From NCBI GenBank assembly GCA_019429145.1, contig JAHYJI010000004.1, positions 1-60,680 on the forward strand: 60,680 nucleotides of DNA. The letters run 5' to 3'. Shown here in pieces: positions 55,585-60,680 of this stretch. The notes below the pieces were generated by a model. It had not been told where the DNA came from. It ran no database searches and worked only from the letters and a program-made list of their open reading frames with translations. Within the stretch, counting starts at the first letter, position 1. Every line of letters begins with the position of its first letter. A program made the translations under genes and the position numbers. This DNA comes from Coriobacteriia bacterium (GTDB taxonomy: Bacteria; Actinomycetota; Coriobacteriia; Anaerosomatales; SLCP01).

Positions 55585-56886
55585 TCAGAGACGCTCGGCG
55601 ACGAGTACGCCACAGACCTCGTCACCCAGCCGCACCCGCAGGAGATCGCCGGGGGCGACATCATCGGCCCCGATGCTCGCACGCAGATAGTCGCCCGTCG
55701 TCCCCACGGCGACGCGACCGGCCACGCCGTTCGAGACCTCCTCGACCAGAAGCTCGGCCTCCTGCCCTCGGCGCAAGGCGGCATAGGTCGCCCGGAGGTG
55801 ACGGTCCCGGCCTCGAAGCACCCGTGCGCGACGCACGCTCTCCTCCGGGGCGACCTGGAAGGGCATCGCCGCAGCCGCCGTCCCCTCCCTCTTCGAGTAG
55901 CGGAAGACGTGGAGGCGAGTGAAACCGACCTCCTCCACGAGCTCGAGCGTGTCCTCGAAGTCCCGGGGTGACTCGCCGGGAAAGCCCACCATCACGTCGG
56001 TGGTGATCGCCACGCCAGCGATCCGTTGGCGGACCATGGCGATGCGTTCCCGATACTCCTCCGCCGTATAGCCGCGCCTCATCGACGCAAGGACTGCGTC
56101 CGAGCCGGACTGCAGCGGCACGTGCAGGTGCGGGCAGAGCTGCGGCGTCGCAGCGAACACGTCGAGCAGTCCCTCGGTCAGATCGAGCGGCTCGATGCTG
56201 GAGATCCTGATGCGGCGGACGCCGGTGTCCGCCACCGCCTCGACGAGTCCCGCGAGACCGAGGCCCTCCGAGGAGTACCTGCCGATGTTGATGCCGGTGA
56301 GCACCACCTCGCGCGTGCCGGACGCAACGAGGTCCTCTACCTCTCTCAGCACGCCCTGAGCACTCACCGACCGCGGAACCCCTCGAGCGAACGGGACGAT
56401 ACAGTAGGCGCAGAAGGCGTCGCACCCGTCCTCCACCTTCACCCCGGCGCGGACCCGAAACCCCTCTCCGTGACGCACGGCAGCTACCACCGACAGCGGA
56501 TTCCACACGCCGAGGAGCGCCGATACCCGCGCGGCCACCTGCTCCTTGTCGGGTTCGACGACGACCCGGTCCCCGAGTGACTCGAGTCCTTTGGCGTCCA
56601 GTGCGGCCAAGCAGCCCGTCACCACGACGACGGGAGAAGCCGCCGCGCCGAGAGCGTGCCTCACCGCCTTGCGGGCCTTCCGGTCGGCTTCGCCGGTGAC
56701 GGTACACGTGTTGATGACGACCACGTCGGCCTCTTCCTCCGGACCGAGCACCGCGCCCTCCCCGATCAGGGCCGCGGCGATCTGCTCGCTCTCAGTCCGG
56801 TTCACCTTGCAGCCGAGGGTACGTACGAAGACCGTAGGTGCCGGACGCTCGCAGTGCCGGGCCCTTTCAGCCACGGGGCCGTCCAC
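55585..56886 (-). CDS. mtaB: tRNA t6A37 methylthiotransferase
   Basis: TLGCKVN, NTCTVT, TGC; radical SAM CxxxCxxC (CDAFCAYC); HVFRYSKREGT. Confidence 0.92.
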   Translation of the reverse strand: MDGPVAERARHCERPAPTVFVRTLGCKVNRTESEQIAAALIGEGAVLGPEEEADVVVINTCTVTGEADRKARKAVRHALGAAASPVVVVTGCLAALDAKGLESLGDRVVVEPDKEQVAARVSALLGVWNPLSVVAAVRHGEGFRVRAGVKVEDGCDAFCAYCIVPFARGVPRSVSAQGVLREVEDLVASGTREVVLTGINIGRYSSEGLGLAGLVEAVADTGVRRIRISSIEPLDLTEGLLDVFAATPQLCPHLHVPLQSGSDAVLASMRRGYTAEEYRERIAMVRQRIAGVAITTDVMVGFPGESPRDFEDTLELVEEVGFTRLHVFRYSKREGTAAAAMPFQVAPEESVRRARVLRGRDRHLRATYAALRRGQEAELLVEEVSNGVAGRVAVGTTGDYLRASIGADDVAPGDLLRVRLGDEVCGVLVAERL

Positions 56887-57643
56887 CGAGTCCGCCGAGC
56901 TCGTACGTGCAGATCGCTGCAGCGACGATCCCGGCGGTCTCGCTGCGCAACACGGTATCGCCGAGCGTGACGGCCCGGGCGCCGGCGGCCTTCAGAGCGT
57001 AGACCTCCTCGGCGCTCAGCCCGCCCTCCGGACCAACGACGATCGCCACGCGGCTGGTGGGGCTAGCAGCGGCCTCGTCGAGTGCCTGGCCGATACCGGG
57101 TCCCGTTGTCGACGCGTCCTCCCAGACCACTAAGACGACGTCGAAGGTAGACAGCAGGTGCACTACCTCGGAGAGCGGGACCGGGTCGGCTACAGCCGGC
57201 ACGGTGGTGCGCTGGGACTGCTTCGCGGCGGCGAGCGCGACACGGCGCCACCTCTCGCCACGGGAGCGCACCTTCTCGGGATCGAGGCGAACGACCGATC
57301 GCTCCGTGAGTACCGGGAGCACTGACTCGATGTTGAGCTCGGTGGCCTTCTCGACCACGAGATCGACCTTCGCGCCCTTGGCTACCGCCTGCATCAGCGT
57401 GATCCGGTACGGCGGTGCATCCGCACGCCGCTCGAGGCGCTCGGCCTCCAGCCCGTCCGGAGCGATCGCCGTAACCCTGACGCTCCAGGCCGACCCGTCG
57501 GGCTCGACCACGGTCATCTCGTCTCCAACGGACAGACGCAACGCCGCGACGGCGTGATGGAGGTCAGCGGGCGACAGGGAGAGGGCGACGGGACCCTCAC
57601 CGGATGCGAGCATGGATCGAAGGAAGAACCTATGTGAAGACAC
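56867..57643 (-). CDS. rsmE: 16S rRNA m3U1498 methyltransferase
   Basis: EKATEL, AAKQSQR, VGPEGG, LRSETA. Confidence 0.95.
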   Translation of the reverse strand: MSSHRFFLRSMLASGEGPVALSLSPADLHHAVAALRLSVGDEMTVVEPDGSAWSVRVTAIAPDGLEAERLERRADAPPYRITLMQAVAKGAKVDLVVEKATELNIESVLPVLTERSVVRLDPEKVRSRGERWRRVALAAAKQSQRTTVPAVADPVPLSEVVHLLSTFDVVLVVWEDASTTGPGIGQALDEAAASPTSRVAIVVGPEGGLSAEEVYALKAAGARAVTLGDTVLRSETAGIVAAAICTYELGGLGGRPRG

Positions 57644-57668
57644 CGCTCCTCGTTTCAGCCGTCCCCCG

Positions 57669-58790
57669 TCAGCCGGTGAGCCACTCCTTCAGCCGGTCGA
57701 GGGGGGTCGCACGCGGCTCCTCCCCGAACGTGGCGGCAAGCTGACCGAGGATCTCGCGCTGTTCCTTGGTGAGCTTCCGGGGTATCTCGACGGCCGCATG
57801 AACGATCAAGTCCCCGCGTCCCGAGCCGCGCAGGCGGGGCATCCCGGCGCCACGCACGCGCAACTGGTCTCCGAACTGAGTGCCCGCGGGGACGGCAACG
57901 GCGACATCGCCATCGATGCCCGGCACCTCCATCTCGGTCCCAAGAGCCGCCTCGGTCACCGTGAGCGGCATACGCGCGTGCAGGTCCGATCCCTCGCGGT
58001 GGAGGAACTCGTGCGGGGCCACCCGGACGGTCACGATCAGGTCGCCTGCGGCAGCACCCCTAAAGCCCGCTTCACCCATCCCTCGCATGCGGATCTGGTT
58101 GCCGTCGTCGACACCGGCCGGGACTTCTACCGTCACGTGGTCGCGGTCGGGCACCCTCCCCTGACCGGAGCACTCGACGCAGGGCGACTCGATGACGTGC
58201 CCGGTCGCCGAACAGCGCTCGCAGGGCGACACCGTCTGCATGACACCGAGGAAGGTGCGCTGCTGGGTGCGGCGCTGACCCGCTCCGCCGCAATCGGGGC
58301 ACTCAGACGTTCCGGAACCGTCGCTCGATCCGCTTGCGCCGCACTCTTCGCAGGGGACGAGACGGTTCACGGCGATCTCCCTGGCGACGCCCTCGGCCGC
58401 TTCTTCGAGGGTGATGGTGATCTGGACCGCCATGTCGCGGCCCTGGGTGCGCGCACGCCGCGATGCACCGCCCGCCATGCCTCCGAAGAAGACGCTGAAC
58501 AGATCGTCCATCCCGAAACCGCCGCCGAAGATGTCCCCGATGTCCTGAGCGCCACCAGCCATGCGGGGGTCGACCGTGCCAAAGCGGTCGTACATCTCCC
58601 GCTTGGAATGGTCGGACAGAACGTCGTAGGCCTCGTTCACGGACTTGAATCGTTCCTCGGCGTCGTGATCGTTGCACACGTCCGGGTGGCACTCCCGCGC
58701 CTTGCGCCGGAACGCCTTCTTTATCTCGGCCTCTGAGGCCGTTCGCTCGACGCCGAGCACGGCGTAGTAGTCCTTGGTACCTGCTGACAC
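57669..58790 (-). CDS. dnaJ: Chaperone DnaJ
   Basis: DYYAVLG, HPD motif, G/F region, four CxxCxGxG-like repeats; SD GAAGGAG before GTG 58790. Confidence 0.97.
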   Translation of the reverse strand: MSAGTKDYYAVLGVERTASEAEIKKAFRRKARECHPDVCNDHDAEERFKSVNEAYDVLSDHSKREMYDRFGTVDPRMAGGAQDIGDIFGGGFGMDDLFSVFFGGMAGGASRRARTQGRDMAVQITITLEEAAEGVAREIAVNRLVPCEECGASGSSDGSGTSECPDCGGAGQRRTQQRTFLGVMQTVSPCERCSATGHVIESPCVECSGQGRVPDRDHVTVEVPAGVDDGNQIRMRGMGEAGFRGAAAGDLIVTVRVAPHEFLHREGSDLHARMPLTVTEAALGTEMEVPGIDGDVAVAVPAGTQFGDQLRVRGAGMPRLRGSGRGDLIVHAAVEIPRKLTKEQREILGQLAATFGEEPRATPLDRLKEWLTG

Positions 58791-58842
58791 CTTCACTCCT
58801 TCGTACGTGCGGTCGCTTGATTCTGCGGTGTGCCGTCGCGCC

Positions 58843-59874
58843 TCAGGCGTTCTCGGCTGATCCCCCGAGGGCCTCCGAGAGCCCCTCGGCAGCACTGTGT
58901 ACGGCCGCGATCGAACGCGAGTAATCCATCCGTGTCGGGCCGATCACACCGACGATACCGTCGGCGTTCTCAGATCCGTACTTCGTCGCGACGAGGCTCA
59001 TGTGACCGAGTTCCCGTGCACGGTTCTCGCTCCCGATCCGGACGGTCAACCCGCCATCGCGCATCACCTCGGAGAGCGTCTCCAGCATGACGAGTCCGTC
59101 CTCGAGTACGGTGAGGAACGGGCGGATGACCGACGTGTCGGCGAACTCCGGAAGCGCGAGCAACTCGGGCACGCCCACGTGATACAACCTATCGCGGTCC
59201 GCCTCCTCCAGACAATCCAGCACCTGGCCCATGATCTCGGCGAGGAGCGCATGTCCGGCCCGGCCCGTGTCCAACGCCCGGAGCAACGGACGCACCTCGA
59301 CCGCCCGCTTGTCGGCAAGCGAGGCGTTCAGGGCGCGCTCCGCCTCGGCCAGTTGCTCGGGAGTCGTATCGTCCGAGAGCGCGACATGGCGGCTCACGAC
59401 CTGCCCGCTCTCGGTGATCACGACGAGCAGTGCGCGGCGCGGACCCATCGAGACGAGATCGACCCTCTTGATGCGCGAGAGGTTCAGCGTGGGAGCCATC
59501 ACTACCGCCACGTAGTGGGTGAGATGCGAGAGCGCGACCGAGGTCTGGCGAATGAGCTCGTCGATCTCGCCGGCGATCTCGAGATAGCTGCGCCGGACCT
59601 GAAGCGCCTCGCTATCGACCGCTGGCTCGCCGGTTTCGAGGAGCTCGTCCACGAACGCCCGGTAGCCGGTGTCGGTCGGCACACGACCCGATGAGACGTG
59701 TGGCTGGTAGACGTACCCCGTCTCCTCGAGTGCGGCAAGCTCGCTACGAACCGTCGCCGGGCTGCAGCCGAGATGGTAGCAGTCGACCAGGAGCTTCGAG
59801 CCCACTGGCTGACCGCTGGCTATGTACTCCTCGACCAGCGCCTTGAGAACGCGCCGCCGACGCTCGCTGAGCAT
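58843..59874 (-). CDS. hrcA: Heat-inducible transcription repressor HrcA
   Basis: PVGSK, SPATVRSE, PHVSSGRVPTDTGYR, GVIGPTRMDY. Confidence 0.96.
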   Translation of the reverse strand: MLSERRRRVLKALVEEYIASGQPVGSKLLVDCYHLGCSPATVRSELAALEETGYVYQPHVSSGRVPTDTGYRAFVDELLETGEPAVDSEALQVRRSYLEIAGEIDELIRQTSVALSHLTHYVAVVMAPTLNLSRIKRVDLVSMGPRRALLVVITESGQVVSRHVALSDDTTPEQLAEAERALNASLADKRAVEVRPLLRALDTGRAGHALLAEIMGQVLDCLEEADRDRLYHVGVPELLALPEFADTSVIRPFLTVLEDGLVMLETLSEVMRDGGLTVRIGSENRARELGHMSLVATKYGSENADGIVGVIGPTRMDYSRSIAAVHSAAEGLSEALGGSAENA

Positions 59875-59926
59875 CGATACTCACCCCTGCATCCGTTTCG
59901 CACGACCTGGCGCACCGCCATCGGTG

Positions 59927-59953
59927 CTGGCAGTCGATTATAGCGAGTGCTAG
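59927..59953 (-). promoter_or_regulatory. CIRCE operator with a TATAAT -10 box in its spacer
   Basis: CTAGCACTC-GCTATAATC-GACTGCCAG versus consensus TTAGCACTC-N9-GAGTGCTAA; about 53 nt upstream of hrcA. Confidence 0.88.
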
Positions 59954-60680
59954 GCCAGTTCGCGACGGTTCCCCGCGTGCCACACGGCTTCGAAGACCTC
60001 GTTGCCCAGCAGCCACCCGGTCTCCGTCACGCGCCATCGACCTGAGACGTGTTCGACGAGACCGCGAGATCGCAGTGTGGCCAGAGCCCCGGTGCCGCCT
60101 GCCCGCTCTGCCAACTCGTCGGCGATCCCCTCGGCCAGTCTGAGGCCGAGCATCGCGTCTTCGGCAGCGGCCTGTGCGGGCGTCAGGAACTCGACCTCCT
60201 CGGGCGGGCCCACGGGTTTCCTCAGGAAGGCGGTCGTGTCCGCAGACCGCAGGAAGCGGACCCGGCTGGTCCCCGGGGGCACACTGTCCAGCGTCTTGCC
60301 GACGCCGGCAACGCCGGGATCGCTCCACGCTTCGCACGCGATCGCAGTCTCGAACAACGCCGCGGGCACCATGCTTGCCGCCGAGGGTCCGATGCCGACG
60401 TACGGACGCCCGGTCCAGTAGCCGGAGTTGTGGGCACTCTCCTCACCGGGCCGTGCGTAGCTTGCGACCTCGTAGCGTTGCAGCCCGCCGGCTCTCAGCA
60501 GCTCGCACGCAGCCTGCATCATGTCGGCCGCGAGGTCGTCATCCGGAGCATCGAACTCGCCGGCGCGTGCCGCGGTGGCCAGCGGCGTTCCTTCCTCGAG
60601 CGTGAGCGGGTAGACGCTGACGTGCCCGACGCCGGATGCCAGCGCTGCCTCGACCGACGCAGCCCATGACTCGAGGGTTT
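59950..60680 (-). CDS. hemW: Radical SAM heme chaperone HemW (HemN-like), 5' part outside the window
   Basis: HVSVYPLTLEEGT, YEVASYA, HNSGYW, YVGIGPSA, LGLRL; canonical position before hrcA. Confidence 0.9.
   Translation of the reverse strand, partial: TLESWAASVEAALASGVGHVSVYPLTLEEGTPLATAARAGEFDAPDDDLAADMMQAACELLRAGGLQRYEVASYARPGEESAHNSGYWTGRPYVGIGPSAASMVPAALFETAIACEAWSDPGVAGVGKTLDSVPPGTSRVRFLRSADTTAFLRKPVGPPEEVEFLTPAQAAAEDAMLGLRLAEGIADELAERAGGTGALATLRSRGLVEHVSGRWRVTETGWLLGNEVFEAVWHAGNRRELA

Noticed and set aside
1-60680. CRISPR arrays, IS elements, prophage or defence genes
   Set aside because: No regularly spaced repeats, transposase, integrase, phage or cas motifs were seen. Nearly all sequence is explained by recognisable genes.

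Overview
High-GC bacterial chromosome segment, almost all genes on the minus strand. Gene content and order suggest an anaerobic actinobacterium of the Coriobacteriia type (inference from glyQS, hrcA-dnaJ without dnaK, and SigA with a Lys/Ala/Pro-rich N-terminus). The backbone is a conserved housekeeping run: hemW-hrcA-dnaJ-rsmE-mtaB-phoH-7TM/HD-ybeY-dgkA-hlyC-cdd-era-deoC-recO-glyQS-PDRP-ppdK-dgt-hppA-dnaG-rpoD, three tRNAs, and at the left deoB-pdp-cca-S2P-trpS-scpAB-rluB. Between these lie an 11-subunit complex I operon (nuoABCDHIJKLMN, no nuoEFG) and a few accessory genes. The standout observation is nuoI, which is split by an in-frame insertion of about 500 aa encoding a complete GltD/NfnB-like FAD + NAD(P)H + Fe-S oxidoreductase. 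This may be a built-in electron-input module replacing NuoEFG. Secondary observations are a Rex-like palindrome before nuoA, a promoter / leaderless uORF / terminator unit before an orphan FlgM-like gene, a highly structured leader before a secreted nucleotidase, and a probable CTG start for scpA. I saw no mobile elements or CRISPR arrays. All calls come from motif recognition by eye, with no database searches.
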